NCBI GenBank assembly: GCA_902769055.1
Contig: CACXNL010000003.1
Coordinates: 20,693 to 84,692 of the forward strand
Direction: 5' to 3'
From: an uncultured Pseudomonadota bacterium
GTDB taxonomy: Bacteria; Pseudomonadota; Alphaproteobacteria; RUG11792
DNA length: 64,000 nucleotides
Notes under the pieces: generated by a model
What the model was told of the DNA's origin: nothing
Seen by the model: the letters and a program-made list of their open reading frames with translations, nothing else
Databases searched by the model: none
Shown here: positions 1 to 10,308 of the stretch, piece after piece
How the letters are laid out: each line of letters starts with the position of its first letter
Position numbering within the stretch: the stretch's first letter is position 1
Position numbers and translations under genes: made by a program

Positions 1-1
1 T

Positions 2-172
2 AATGAAGTCGCTAAGGTTGTTGCTGATAGGAATATGAGTGCTCAGGTGCCGACTAGTAATATTGTGATTATAGCGGCGGCTATGCAATTGGAACCGGTG
101 CCTGATTCCAATGAAATTCGTGGCAATACTAATGAACAGCAGAAGAAATTGGAGGCACAGAAATACGCTTGA
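2..172 (+). CDS. 3' end of an unidentified CDS entering from the left window edge
   Basis: Frame 2 is open from the window edge for 56 codons (ending NEQQKKLEAQKYA) and stops at TGA 170-172. No recognisable domain. Confidence 0.3.
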   Translation, partial: NEVAKVVADRNMSAQVPTSNIVIIAAAMQLEPVPDSNEIRGNTNEQQKKLEAQKYA

Positions 173-358
173 TTAAAGAAAACTATAGGAAATTATACCC
201 AACATAGCGACGATGTTAATTCGTATACGGCATTGTTTGACCTTAAGACTATTATCGACAACCTTCAGATAAGTTCTTCTTGCATCAACAGTAAATAAAA
301 ATCTCATAATAACCAGTCCGCGATGAGATGATGCGCGGACTTCGCTAATATCCAAGAA

Positions 359-2782
359 CTACAGTGCGTCCTTCTGCTTGTTTATTATTTCCACTGCCGC
401 TGCTTTGTCTAGCTTTAAGAACCCGGCGTTCTTCTCGAGTTTATATGTGTTGTCGTCCATTTTGAGATAGGGACCGAATCGCCCAAGTATCAGCTCAATA
501 TTCTTCTTCGTTTTCGGGTATTTGCCCAGAACCAGCGGCAAGCTGTCCAGTCGTATCGCATCTTCTAAAGTCAATTCAGTTGGTTCTGCGATATATTTTG
601 GTATAGAGTGCCGTTTCGGTTTCTCGGGGCTTTTTGTTTGTTTGCCTTTTTGTGGTTCTGATTTTTTTTGTTCTTGAGGCTCTTTTGTATTCTCCCACTC
701 TATATAGTATCCATATGGTCCTCGCTTCAAAAACACAGTATCGTTGTCGTATCTAGCATCCTTTCCTAGCTCGATTTTGGTAGGCTGCTGTGGCATATCT
801 TGCGTCTCAGCATCTGTCCCGAGAGGTTTGACATATTTGCACTCAGGGTAATTTGAGCAACCCAGGAATGAGCCAAATCTGCCCAGCTTCAAGTTGAGTT
901 GCCCTTTGTTGCAAGCAGGACAGGTTCGAACGCCGTCAAGTCCCCTGAAAATGTAATCATTTAAGTCCTTCTCGATAGTTTCTATGACCTGCGTTATCGT
1001 CAATTCTTGCGCTTTCTCAATATACGAATTAAATTCAGTCCAAAAATTATTCAAAACTTTCTCCCAAACGAGCTTCCCGTTGGAAATGTCGTCAAGCTCC
1101 TCCTCCAGGTCAGCAGTAAAGTCGTACTCAACGTATTTATCAAAAAAGTGCTTCAGGAACGAAATAACCAAAAAACCTCTGCTCTCAGGAGTAAATATTC
1201 GCCTATTAACAGTTACGTACTTCCTGACTTGGAGCACATTTATTATTGTCGCATACGTCGATGGACGTCCAATCCCAAGCTCCTCCAGCTTTTTTACCAA
1301 ACTCGCCTCATTAAATCTGGCTGGGGGCTGAGTAAAATGCTGGTTATTCAATATATTCAACAAATCTAGCTGTTCGCCTTCTTTCAACTCAGGCAGTCTC
1401 TTAGTTTTTTTATCATCATTCGTGCTGTCGTCGTTATCTGTCGCTTCGACATAAACTTTTAAAAATCCATCGAAAGAAACTGTCGAGCCGGTAGCCTTGA
1501 ATTGCACTTTGTTATTCGAGGCAGCAACATCGACAGAAACTTGGTTTATTATGGCGTTCTCCATTTGCGACGCCAGGGCACGTTTCCATATAAGGTCGTA
1601 TAGCGCAAATTCATCATCCGAGAGATATTGTTTTATCGCACTGGGCGCTCTATTAAACGAAGTTGGTCTTATAGCCTCGTGAGCCTCCTGTGCATTTTTG
1701 GATTTTGTTTTATATATCTTCGGTGACTTCGGGAGGTACTTATCCCCGAAATTCTTCTCAATATATCCACGAGACTCGGCTATAGCCTCATTCGACAAGT
1801 TTGTGCTGTCCGTTCTCATATACGTTATCAAGCCGCTCATAGTGCCATCAATCGACACGCCTTCATATAATTTCTGTGCAATTTGCATTGTCTTTTTCGC
1901 GCTAAAACCCAACTTTCTGACGGCATCCTGCTGCATTGTCGACGTTGTAAATGGCGCATATGGATTTCTCTTTACCGCTTTCTTCTCGATTTTATCGATA
2001 TGATAAGTTTCCTTTTCCAGTGCAGCTTTTATTTCACTAGCTTGCATTTCATTTTTAATTGTGAGTTTGTCTAGTTTTTCGCCATCGTAATGTGTCAATA
2101 TTGAGTTAAATGAACCATTTTCAGCTTCGAAATCAGCATGTATAGACCAGTACTCTTCGGGCTTAAATTTTTGTATTTCCAGTTCTCTTTCGACAATAAG
2201 CCGAAGTGCCACAGACTGAACGCGCCCCGCAGATCTAGCTCCTGGCATCTTGCGCCACAGTATGGGTGAAATTGAAAAACCAACCAGATAATCTAAAACG
2301 CGACGAGCCAAATACGCCTCAACTAAATTTTGGTCTAAATCTTTTGGATTTTCGAAAGCATGTCGCACCGCTGACTTCGTTATTTCATGAAACACGACAC
2401 GCCGAACATTTTTGTTTTTCAGGGATTTTTTTGCATTTAACGTCTCAAGAATATGCCACGAAATAGCCTCTCCCTCGCGGTCAGGGTCGGTTGCCAGGAA
2501 TAAGTTATCGGATTGTTTTAAGGAATCTGAAATTTCCTTCAACTGTTTTTTTCCACGAGCATTGAACTCCCAGAGCATTTTAAAATGGTTATTCGGATCA
2601 ACAGAGCCGTTCTTCGAGACCAAGTCCCTTACATGACCGTAGCTCGCGATAACCTTATAGTCTTTCCCCAAGTAATTTCCCAAAGTTTTCGCCTTAGCTG
2701 GCGACTCAACAACAACAACGCCCTTAAACACGTTCACGCTTATTTCAATACGTTTACGTGCTAAGATTACTAGATTTTCCAT
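359..2782 (-). CDS. topA: DNA topoisomerase I
   Basis: 807-aa ORF. Toprim N-terminus VVVESPAKAKTLGNYLG..YKVIASYGHVRDL, acidic DPDREGEAISWH motif, active-site Tyr region GLITYMRTDS, C-terminal zinc ribbons (CPAC..GCSNYPEC). Confidence 0.95.
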   Translation of the reverse strand: MENLVILARKRIEISVNVFKGVVVVESPAKAKTLGNYLGKDYKVIASYGHVRDLVSKNGSVDPNNHFKMLWEFNARGKKQLKEISDSLKQSDNLFLATDPDREGEAISWHILETLNAKKSLKNKNVRRVVFHEITKSAVRHAFENPKDLDQNLVEAYLARRVLDYLVGFSISPILWRKMPGARSAGRVQSVALRLIVERELEIQKFKPEEYWSIHADFEAENGSFNSILTHYDGEKLDKLTIKNEMQASEIKAALEKETYHIDKIEKKAVKRNPYAPFTTSTMQQDAVRKLGFSAKKTMQIAQKLYEGVSIDGTMSGLITYMRTDSTNLSNEAIAESRGYIEKNFGDKYLPKSPKIYKTKSKNAQEAHEAIRPTSFNRAPSAIKQYLSDDEFALYDLIWKRALASQMENAIINQVSVDVAASNNKVQFKATGSTVSFDGFLKVYVEATDNDDSTNDDKKTKRLPELKEGEQLDLLNILNNQHFTQPPARFNEASLVKKLEELGIGRPSTYATIINVLQVRKYVTVNRRIFTPESRGFLVISFLKHFFDKYVEYDFTADLEEELDDISNGKLVWEKVLNNFWTEFNSYIEKAQELTITQVIETIEKDLNDYIFRGLDGVRTCPACNKGQLNLKLGRFGSFLGCSNYPECKYVKPLGTDAETQDMPQQPTKIELGKDARYDNDTVFLKRGPYGYYIEWENTKEPQEQKKSEPQKGKQTKSPEKPKRHSIPKYIAEPTELTLEDAIRLDSLPLVLGKYPKTKKNIELILGRFGPYLKMDDNTYKLEKNAGFLKLDKAAAVEIINKQKDAL

Positions 2783-2933
2783 GAAAAGCGAAAAAAATAA
2801 AAATTACAAATTTGCAGATAGTCCTCCGATTAAGGAGCATGTATCGCTTCAGCCAAACCAGGGCGAGTATTTATATACTAGGTTGATTTAATAAAACTAC
2901 TATGAATTGAGAGGTTTTGGTGGATATTATACA

Positions 2934-4103
2934 ATGTACGGAGCTGCTCTCCTTTGCGGGTTTCCTGTGAGGTTTTGGACAAAATTTTGGATTAGAGCTA
3001 TTTTGCCGGTAGTTTTGCTTTTGTTGCAACTTTTTACAAAAGAGTTTGCTCGGGTGGAGCTCAGTATTGGTGATATTAGTTTTTCTGCTAATTTATATAT
3101 TGTTCTTATTGCTATTGCATTGTTTCTATTTATATATTTTATTTTGAAGAAATGTTTTGATTTGCTTTGTAATCTTTTTCGGAGAGATGAAACCGAAAGA
3201 AATGCGGAAATGATCAGAGAGCTTGCGGAATTGATTATGGCGAGCGATCACGATTTTCCAAGTTTGTTCGCAAAGACTAGATTAGTCGGGGATATGGCAA
3301 AACTTAGGACGGCATTGGCATTGAAGAGAAATTTGATGGGGGATAGAGAATTTGCTTTGACGGGTGTTGCTTGTATTGACGTGCGGATACTACGGATAAA
3401 ATTAAGAAAACTTTTGCAAAACGGGATTTTGACCGATGCCATAGAGTTAGCGAACAGTGTTATTAAAAATTATGCAAGTTTTCTACGTCTCATTAAGGAT
3501 GAGTTGTTGGAGATTGCAAAGATGGCAAGACGAGAACATATGGAATTTTATTTTGAGCCGGATAGGTTTAAGTATGATTTGCCTCAAAAATATATAACTG
3601 AATACAATATTTCTTTAAAGCTGGTTGATTTTGATTTGGAAAATGATAATGCAAAGAAACTGAAAATTATTGAAAATATAAATAATGAATATCCTGAGAG
3701 TATTGATGTTCTCTGTTTGCTTCTGGATTACGTAGAACAAAACAATATTACTACATACGATGACAAAAGGATTATGCAGTTGATAGCCGAAACAATGAAA
3801 GTAAATCCAAATAGAAAACTTGCAAAATATCTGTTGCGACTAAAAAGAAATGACATATTTGAGCAGGCGAAATCTATGATGTCAGGAATCTCAAATAACA
3901 ATATAGAAAAATTGTGGATACTTCTAATAATAGCGACATCAAAGGGGTTGAATTTACAAGTGAAGGAATTGATATCAGAGATATTAAAAAAAGATAAAAC
4001 AAATGATGTTTGTGAGTTCTTCGTGGAATATCATAATTTACTACAAGAGGCTGCGGAGATTGCGAATATAATAATGAGGAGAAAAAATGGAAATAAAATA
4101 TAA
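2934..4103 (+). CDS. Inner-membrane helical-repeat protein with HemY_N-like architecture, function unknown
   Basis: Two N-terminal TM helices bracket a short segment, followed by a long alpha-helical repeat region. The ORF track starts at TTG 2907; the first ATG is at 2934. No catalytic motif recognised. Confidence 0.45.
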   Translation: MYGAALLCGFPVRFWTKFWIRAILPVVLLLLQLFTKEFARVELSIGDISFSANLYIVLIAIALFLFIYFILKKCFDLLCNLFRRDETERNAEMIRELAELIMASDHDFPSLFAKTRLVGDMAKLRTALALKRNLMGDREFALTGVACIDVRILRIKLRKLLQNGILTDAIELANSVIKNYASFLRLIKDELLEIAKMARREHMEFYFEPDRFKYDLPQKYITEYNISLKLVDFDLENDNAKKLKIIENINNEYPESIDVLCLLLDYVEQNNITTYDDKRIMQLIAETMKVNPNRKLAKYLLRLKRNDIFEQAKSMMSGISNNNIEKLWILLIIATSKGLNLQVKELISEILKKDKTNDVCEFFVEYHNLLQEAAEIANIIMRRKNGNKI

Positions 4104-4524
4104 AAAAATATTGCCTGATGTAGAGGCACCAATTTGTGCTACTGAAGGTAGTGCCGGAACTGATCTAAGAGCTTGTGTAAATTGCGAAGTAATTTTAAAC
4201 CCGGGCGAGACGAAAATTATCCCAACTGGGCTTGCATTTGAAATACCGGATGGATGTTTTGGAATGGTTTGTCCCAGATCCGGTTTAGCCGCGAAATATG
4301 GTATATCTATTTTAAATTCGCCGGGAATAATAGATTCGGATTACAGAGGTGAGGTGAAAGTGGTGCTGGTAAACCATTCAAAAACAGATTTTGTTGTGGA
4401 AAACGGAATGAGGATCGCTCAACTGATTATTGTGCCTTTTCAAAAAGCAGGGTGGGTCGAAGTTGCTGAATTAAGTGACACTAAACGTGCTGATGGTGGA
4501 TTCGGTTCTACCGGATTACATTAG
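4087..4524 (+). CDS. dut: dUTP diphosphatase
   Basis: 145 aa. dUTPase motifs AGTDLRA, PRSGLA, GIIDSDYRGE and C-terminal GGFGSTG. Confidence 0.93.
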   Translation: MEIKYKKILPDVEAPICATEGSAGTDLRACVNCEVILNPGETKIIPTGLAFEIPDGCFGMVCPRSGLAAKYGISILNSPGIIDSDYRGEVKVVLVNHSKTDFVVENGMRIAQLIIVPFQKAGWVEVAELSDTKRADGGFGSTGLH

Positions 4525-4755
4525 ATGGTATATTTGCCGTTGGTTATATATGATGTAGTCAATATGAGTTTACAAGAAATATAAGTATTTTTCTACTTAT
4601 ATACGAAAAACGTTTCGCGTGAAACATTTCCGTTTTTCAAATTTGAGGTTCGTTTGGAACCAGAAAGTTTTCTCTAATCTCATCCGATGTATGTCATTGT
4701 CTCAGATAAAATATTCGATATATAATTTCAGCGTATTTGTTCGGTTCGCTAAAAG

Positions 4756-5901
4756 ATGGCTTTATTCAACCAATCCGCGAGAAAAGACAAAGAGGTATGG
4801 CAGGATGTTAATGCTGTTCCCTATATCCAGATCGAAGGGGTGACCAAATCGTATGACGAGGTAACGCCTTTAAAAAACATATCTTTGTCGGTTTATAAGG
4901 GGGAGTTTTTTTCGCTTTTGGGAAGTTCGGGTTGTGGCAAAACCACGCTTTTACGGATCTTGGCGGGTTTTGAAAGACCGACATCTGGGAAGATTTTGAT
5001 TGATGGAATTGACATAACGAATTTACCTGCGCATAAAAGACCGGTAAATATGATGTTTCAGTCGTATGCACTTTTTCCACACATGACGGTGTATCAGAAC
5101 ATTGCATTTGGACTAAAGCAAGACAAGCTAAGCAAAAGTGCCATAGACGAAAGGGTGAAGGAAATTCTAAATTTAGTTCAGCTAAACGGATATGGAGACA
5201 GAAAGCCAGATCAACTTTCAGGGGGGCAAAGGCAGCGGGTCGCTTTGGCTAGAACGCTGGTGAAGAGACCGAAGTTGATATTGCTGGATGAGCCACTCAC
5301 TGCCTTGGATAAGAGGCTTAGGGAAAAGACGCAGTTTGAGTTGGTGAATATTCAGGAAAAAGTTGGAATTACATTCATTCTTGTTACTCATGATCAGGAA
5401 GAGGCTATGACGATGTCGACCAGAATGGCTGTTATGGAGGAAGGAAAAATTCTGCAAGTCGGCGTGCCTCATGACGTGTATGAATTTCCAAATTCGCGGT
5501 ATGTTGCTGAATTTATCGGAAGCATAAATCTTTTTGATGGAATAGTTGTTGAGCAGGGCTCAGATCATGTTTTAATAGAAACTCCGGAAATTGAATGTCG
5601 TTGCCATGCTACTTGCACTGGAGCGCTTCCTATCGGTTCGAACATCACTTTAGCGATAAGACCGGAAAAGATTATGATTTCAACAACTAAGCCGGAATAT
5701 CAATACAATTGGACGCAAGGAGTTGTGAAAGAAATCGCTTATCTCGGTGATGTCTCGATCTATTATGTACAATTGGAGTCTGGGAAAATGGTTATGGCGA
5801 CTTTGCCTAATTTGTTGAGGCTTGCTGAAAGGAATTTCCAATGGGAGGATACGGTGTACCTTTTCTGGCGGTCTGAAAATAGCCTGGTATTAACATCATG
5901 A
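4756..5901 (+). CDS. potA: Spermidine/putrescine-type ABC transporter ATP-binding protein
   Basis: Walker A GSSGCGKTT, signature LSGGQRQRVALAR, Walker B LILLDEPL, C-terminal TOBE-like domain. ATGA overlap with the downstream permease. Confidence 0.9.
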   Translation: MALFNQSARKDKEVWQDVNAVPYIQIEGVTKSYDEVTPLKNISLSVYKGEFFSLLGSSGCGKTTLLRILAGFERPTSGKILIDGIDITNLPAHKRPVNMMFQSYALFPHMTVYQNIAFGLKQDKLSKSAIDERVKEILNLVQLNGYGDRKPDQLSGGQRQRVALARTLVKRPKLILLDEPLTALDKRLREKTQFELVNIQEKVGITFILVTHDQEEAMTMSTRMAVMEEGKILQVGVPHDVYEFPNSRYVAEFIGSINLFDGIVVEQGSDHVLIETPEIECRCHATCTGALPIGSNITLAIRPEKIMISTTKPEYQYNWTQGVVKEIAYLGDVSIYYVQLESGKMVMATLPNLLRLAERNFQWEDTVYLFWRSENSLVLTS

Positions 5902-6830
5902 ATCCGAAATTACTGCATTTTTCTCTTGCTGGCAAAAGAAAAAAAAATATCGAAATTGCTGAGAGCGATAGCCCGAAATTTTGGATAAGAATAGCTCCGA
6001 TTTTGTGGATGGTTGTTTTCTTTGTGTTTCCGTTACTTATTGTTTTTAAAACTAGTTTTGCTGAATCGATTTTTGGGATCCCGCCATTTACTGAGATTTT
6101 GAATACAACAAAGGACTATGTCCTGGACATTAAATTGAATTTTAAAAATTATGTATCGATTTTCTCTGATTCTTACTATGTGAAGGGTTTTATAAATTCG
6201 GTATGCCTTTCTGCAGTTGCGACGATTTTATGTTTTTTAATTGGGTTTCCAATGGCGTATGGTATTCATAGTGTCAATTCGAGATTTAAAACAATTTTAT
6301 TGCTTTTAGTTTCTCTTTCATTTTGGACTCCATTTTTGATAAGGATATATTCTTGGATGAGCCTTTTAAGCGTAAATGGCATCATAAATTCAGTGCTTAT
6401 GAAATTAGGGGTGATTTCTTCACCTATACAATTTATCGGCACTTACTATATTGTCTGTCTTGGATTGGTTTTTTGCTATTTACCATTTATGATTTTCCCG
6501 ATTTACGCTGTTTTGGAAAAAGTTGATAAGTCGTATTTAGAGGTCGCCTATGATCTTGGATGTCGACCGATAAAAACGTTTTGGGTGATAACAATACCGT
6601 TGGTTAAGCCTGGGATTGCGACTGGCGCAATATTGGTTTTCTCGGCGTCGATTGGTGAATTTGTTGTGCCAGAATTGCTCGGGAGCGCTGAAACCATCAC
6701 GTTCGGGCGGGTACTATGGACTGAGTTTTTCAGCAACCTCGATTGGACAATGGCCTGTGCTCTCGCGGTTGTAATGATGTGCTTCATAACACTGCCAATA
6801 TTTATATTTCAAAAGAGAACAAAAACATAA
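5898..6830 (+). CDS. potB: Polyamine-type ABC transporter permease
   Basis: 310 aa, six predicted TM helices, EAA loop (LEVAYDLGCRPIKTFWVITIPL). Translationally coupled to potA. Confidence 0.85.
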   Translation: MNPKLLHFSLAGKRKKNIEIAESDSPKFWIRIAPILWMVVFFVFPLLIVFKTSFAESIFGIPPFTEILNTTKDYVLDIKLNFKNYVSIFSDSYYVKGFINSVCLSAVATILCFLIGFPMAYGIHSVNSRFKTILLLLVSLSFWTPFLIRIYSWMSLLSVNGIINSVLMKLGVISSPIQFIGTYYIVCLGLVFCYLPFMIFPIYAVLEKVDKSYLEVAYDLGCRPIKTFWVITIPLVKPGIATGAILVFSASIGEFVVPELLGSAETITFGRVLWTEFFSNLDWTMACALAVVMMCFITLPIFIFQKRTKT

Positions 6831-6849
6831 ACAGTAACATATAGAGATT

Positions 6850-8937
6850 TTATTGGATTTTTAAGTAATTGAATATGTTTAAGAGATTTGAGTACGTTTC
6901 TGGTAGCTGTGTGGTATTTGCTTGCTGGGCTAGTGCAGTAGCCTGTTCCAGAAAATTAGATATAACACTTTGATTTTCTGGCGCATTTATATCGAAAGTT
7001 TTATAAACTTTTGCCCCGCTTTGGCGAGTTCCATAGATTTCGCCGCCGCCCCTTAGGTATAAATCCTGCTCCGCTATTTTAAATCCATCGTTACTTTCAC
7101 ATAAAGTCTTTAGGCGTTGAGCCGCAATTTTAGACAAAGTATTACCATAGAGCAACAAGCAATACGACTGTAGATCGTTACGCCCGACACGCCCACGGAG
7201 TTGGTGCAGCGTCGCAAGCCCGAATTTTTCAGCATTTTCAATGATAATGACAGTCGCCTCCGGGACATCGACACCAACCTCAATCACGGTAGTCGAAATG
7301 AGTATCTTGCAGTCGCCGTTCTTAAAGCGGTCGAAAATCTCCTCCTTTTCCTTCGCCTTCATCTTGCCATGCAGCATCTCAACCTTGTTCCTGAAGTGCT
7401 TCTTGAGAAAGGTATACCGGTTCGTGACGCAAGTATAGCGGAGCTTCTCACTCTCCTCAATAAGCGGGCAAATCCAATAAACTTTTTGCTTTTTCGAAAT
7501 TATATTTTTTATAGACTTCAGGACATCGGAAATTCGGCTCAGAGGGAACGCATTCGTCACAATGTCCTTCCGACCCGCTGGTTTTTCAGTGATGGACGAG
7601 ACCGCGATGTCGCCATACATCATCAGGACGAAGGTGCGCGGGATGGGCGTCGCGGTCATACTGAGCACGTGTGGCGTGATGCCCTTGTTGATGAGCTGCT
7701 GGCGCTGCCTGACGCCAAAGCGATGCTGCTCATCAATGATGACGAGTCCAAGGTTGCCGAAATTGACCTGGTCGGTGATAATCGCGTGCGTGCCGACAAG
7801 CAGATTAAGGCTGCTCGAGGCTGTATTTTCAAGGATTTCGGCACGCTTTTTGCCTTTTTCGCTGCCGGTCAAAAGCTGCACCGATAACCCGAGCTGGTCG
7901 AAATATTGCTTAAAGTTTTGATAATGTTGGCGCGCTAATATCTCGGTTGGAGCAAGTATTGCGCACTGAAAACCGCTTTCGATGACGTATAGCGCGGTAA
8001 TTAGCGCGACTATCGTTTTGCCAGACCCGACGTCGCCCTGGAGGAGGCGGAACATTGGTGTTCCACTTTCGAGGTCGGTGAAAATTTCGAATATGGCTTT
8101 TTTTTGCGAATTCGTCAAAGAAAAAGGCAGGATTTTCAATAATTTTTGGATAAGCAATCCGTCGTTACTTATCTTATACCCAGTTTTAGTCGTTTGATTG
8201 GAAAGCTGTATGACCAACTGTTCCGCTAAAAGCTCATCGAAAACCAGCCGCCGACGGTACGGGCTATCTAGCTGATTTTGGTAATACTCTTTTGGATAGT
8301 GAACATTCCGTAACGCTTCCGGGAATGACACAAACCCGTTCTTTTTCAGAACATTTTTCGGAAGCCACTCGTCGATGGTCTCCTCTTCCAAAATCTCGAA
8401 CGCAGAGTTTATAGCAAAATAAATCGACTTTTGTGTAAGCCCAGTCGTGGTGGAATATACGTTAAACAATCCGGAGTTTTCAGGGATTTTTAATGCGACA
8501 AATTTCTCGGGATTGATAAATTGCAAGTTGCCGGACTGTGAAATCGCAAGTTTCCCGGATATACCGGTTTCTCGCCCAACGACGTATACTTTTTTGACAT
8601 ACGCTTTGGGGTAGTTGAAGAGCACGATTTCGACGATTTCGGAGCCGTTGCGGGCATAAACGGTTGCTGGGCGCGACGAGCCGTAATTTAAATCGACGCA
8701 TTCGACTTTTACTTTCGTCGTCACAAGTTTACCAACATATTTTTCAGTAATACGCTCGATGTAGCACTTCTCAATTGCATAAGACGGCATATGGAGCAAG
8801 ACATCAATCACCCGCTCGCCGAAAAGTTTCCTGAAGAGCTTCAACCGAGGTTTATAGTAGTCGCTTAAGCAAATGCTCAAATCGTTAAATATCATAGCAT
8901 TTTGACGATATTTACGTCTTCTCCAAGATCTTAACAT
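6850..8937 (-). CDS. recG: ATP-dependent DNA helicase RecG
   Basis: 695 aa. Wedge-domain N-terminus, Walker A GDVGSGKT, DEQH box IIDEQHRFG, helicase C motifs (QLRGRVGR). Confidence 0.93.
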   Translation of the reverse strand: MLRSWRRRKYRQNAMIFNDLSICLSDYYKPRLKLFRKLFGERVIDVLLHMPSYAIEKCYIERITEKYVGKLVTTKVKVECVDLNYGSSRPATVYARNGSEIVEIVLFNYPKAYVKKVYVVGRETGISGKLAISQSGNLQFINPEKFVALKIPENSGLFNVYSTTTGLTQKSIYFAINSAFEILEEETIDEWLPKNVLKKNGFVSFPEALRNVHYPKEYYQNQLDSPYRRRLVFDELLAEQLVIQLSNQTTKTGYKISNDGLLIQKLLKILPFSLTNSQKKAIFEIFTDLESGTPMFRLLQGDVGSGKTIVALITALYVIESGFQCAILAPTEILARQHYQNFKQYFDQLGLSVQLLTGSEKGKKRAEILENTASSSLNLLVGTHAIITDQVNFGNLGLVIIDEQHRFGVRQRQQLINKGITPHVLSMTATPIPRTFVLMMYGDIAVSSITEKPAGRKDIVTNAFPLSRISDVLKSIKNIISKKQKVYWICPLIEESEKLRYTCVTNRYTFLKKHFRNKVEMLHGKMKAKEKEEIFDRFKNGDCKILISTTVIEVGVDVPEATVIIIENAEKFGLATLHQLRGRVGRNDLQSYCLLLYGNTLSKIAAQRLKTLCESNDGFKIAEQDLYLRGGGEIYGTRQSGAKVYKTFDINAPENQSVISNFLEQATALAQQANTTQLPETYSNLLNIFNYLKIQ

Positions 8938-9019
8938 TAGGGAAATCGAAAATTAACGTTTTCTTAATCTCTTAGGTATAGATTTAAAAGTGTGAATGAT
9001 GAAGGGGTGAGATTTAGAT

Positions 9020-9637
9020 ATGAGAAAGATTGTTTGCGCGAGCCTATTGGTTTTAGCTTCTTTCATAGAAGAGGGAAGGGCAGCAAATCAGCTGTTTAAC
9101 TCGATGAATAATCTTATTGCAGGGGCTACAAATAGTGGAAATCAAATTCTTGGTGGAACTGGTAATTTAGCGACGAATGCTGGGAGTGCTACTCAAAACC
9201 TTTTAAATGCTTTGCAAAAAACAAGAACGCAGATTCACAGTGCAAATCAACAGGTTAGGGCTGGAAAAGAGGCGGTCAGGGGAATAACTACAAAAAAGAA
9301 AACGGAAAAAACAGCCGTGTCGGAAGACCTGAAAAAGCAAAAGAAAGCACTTGAAGAGCAAAAAGCCCGGATTGTGGCACAAAATGCTCAAAGGATGAAT
9401 GCTTTAAAAGTTCAGTTGCAACAGGAGGAAGCGAGGCAAAAAGCACAAATGCAGGCGATTAACCAACAGATATCTACTGTTCAAAACGAAATCAACAAAG
9501 CTCAGGAAAAGGAACAAAAGCAACAACAAGCTGAGCAAATTCTTGCCAGGCTGAAACTGGAGCAAATGGCAAAACAAAATGTAATGCAGCAGACGTCGAA
9601 AAATAACATAAGAAACCGAACAGTAATATGGCGGTAA
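9020..9637 (+). CDS. Secreted Gln/Lys-rich coiled-coil protein, function unknown
   Basis: Signal peptide MRKIVCASLLVLASFIEEGRA. The rest is Q/K/A/E-rich with heptad-like periodicity. No enzymatic motif. Confidence 0.55.
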   Translation: MRKIVCASLLVLASFIEEGRAANQLFNSMNNLIAGATNSGNQILGGTGNLATNAGSATQNLLNALQKTRTQIHSANQQVRAGKEAVRGITTKKKTEKTAVSEDLKKQKKALEEQKARIVAQNAQRMNALKVQLQQEEARQKAQMQAINQQISTVQNEINKAQEKEQKQQQAEQILARLKLEQMAKQNVMQQTSKNNIRNRTVIWR

Positions 9638-9770
9638 ATTATTACTAGAGGGATATGGGGTAAAGTTTTCCGGAAAAATTATTTTTAGGAAAAATAGACA
9701 GCTGCGTCTGGTTGAACAGTTGCGGGAATGGCATTACACTCTCTGCTGTGTAGTGTGATTTTACCTAAAA

Positions 9771-10139
9771 ATGCCTGTCGTAGTTAATGGGGCAATGTGT
9801 AAATGTTCGTTTGGGACAACTCCGTCAGCGTTGTCTGTCATTCCTAAATCGCGGGTTTTTGCATCAAATGCACCTATAGCATCTATAAGCGATTTTGTCC
9901 CGGTGGTAAATATTAAGCCATTTGGTCAGTGTTTGACCATTACAAATCCGGCGGTTGCGGCGGCGACGGCAGCCAAATTGGGAGTTTTTACACCTGTGCC
10001 TTGTGTTCCTGTCGTGGTTGCTCCATGGATACCTTCTAAACCGACGGTTTTAGGCGTATTGCATTCAGAGGATATGTGTATGTGTACTTGGGGTGGTATT
10101 ATTAAAATAATGTTTCCAGGGCAATTTACTGTATTATGA
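9771..10139 (+). CDS. DUF4280 (PAAR-like) domain protein
   Basis: 122 aa. Matches the DUF4280 pattern along its length: CKCSFGTTPS..., PFGQC..TNPAV, PC.P....PW.P, C.C..GG.I....PGQ. Cys spacing is typical of the PAAR-like fold. Confidence 0.85.
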   Translation: MPVVVNGAMCKCSFGTTPSALSVIPKSRVFASNAPIASISDFVPVVNIKPFGQCLTITNPAVAAATAAKLGVFTPVPCVPVVVAPWIPSKPTVLGVLHSEDMCMCTWGGIIKIMFPGQFTVL

Positions 10140-10217
10140 ATGTTTTTATTTGTTGTTGGCATTTGCATCTGAAACTTTTTTACGACACGGGCGAAATGGT
10201 ATACAATGAACGCAAGG

Positions 10218-10291
10218 TGGGAGATAGTTTAGCGGTAGAACTACCGGCTCTGGACCGGTCAACCTTGGTTCGAATCCAGGTCTCCCAGCCA
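10218..10291 (+). tRNA. tRNA-Gln (anticodon CUG)
   Basis: 74-nt cloverleaf folded by hand. Acceptor TGGGAGA/TCTCCCA with the U1-A72 pair and G73 discriminator typical of bacterial tRNA-Gln, anticodon loop CTCTGGA, T-arm CTTGG-TTCGAAT-CCAGG, encoded CCA. Confidence 0.9.
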
Positions 10292-10308
10292 AGGTGATGG
10301 GTGACGTT

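Noticed and set aside
173-355. 60-aa minus-strand ORF between the left-edge CDS and topA
   Set aside because: No RBS or recognisable features. It lies in the short spacer downstream of topA and is probably non-coding.
4579-4602. AT-rich 9-bp-stem hairpin (ATATAAGTA-tttttc-TACTTATAT) downstream of dut
   Set aside because: It could be a dut terminator, but it is very AT-rich and lacks a following T-run, so the evidence is too weak to annotate.
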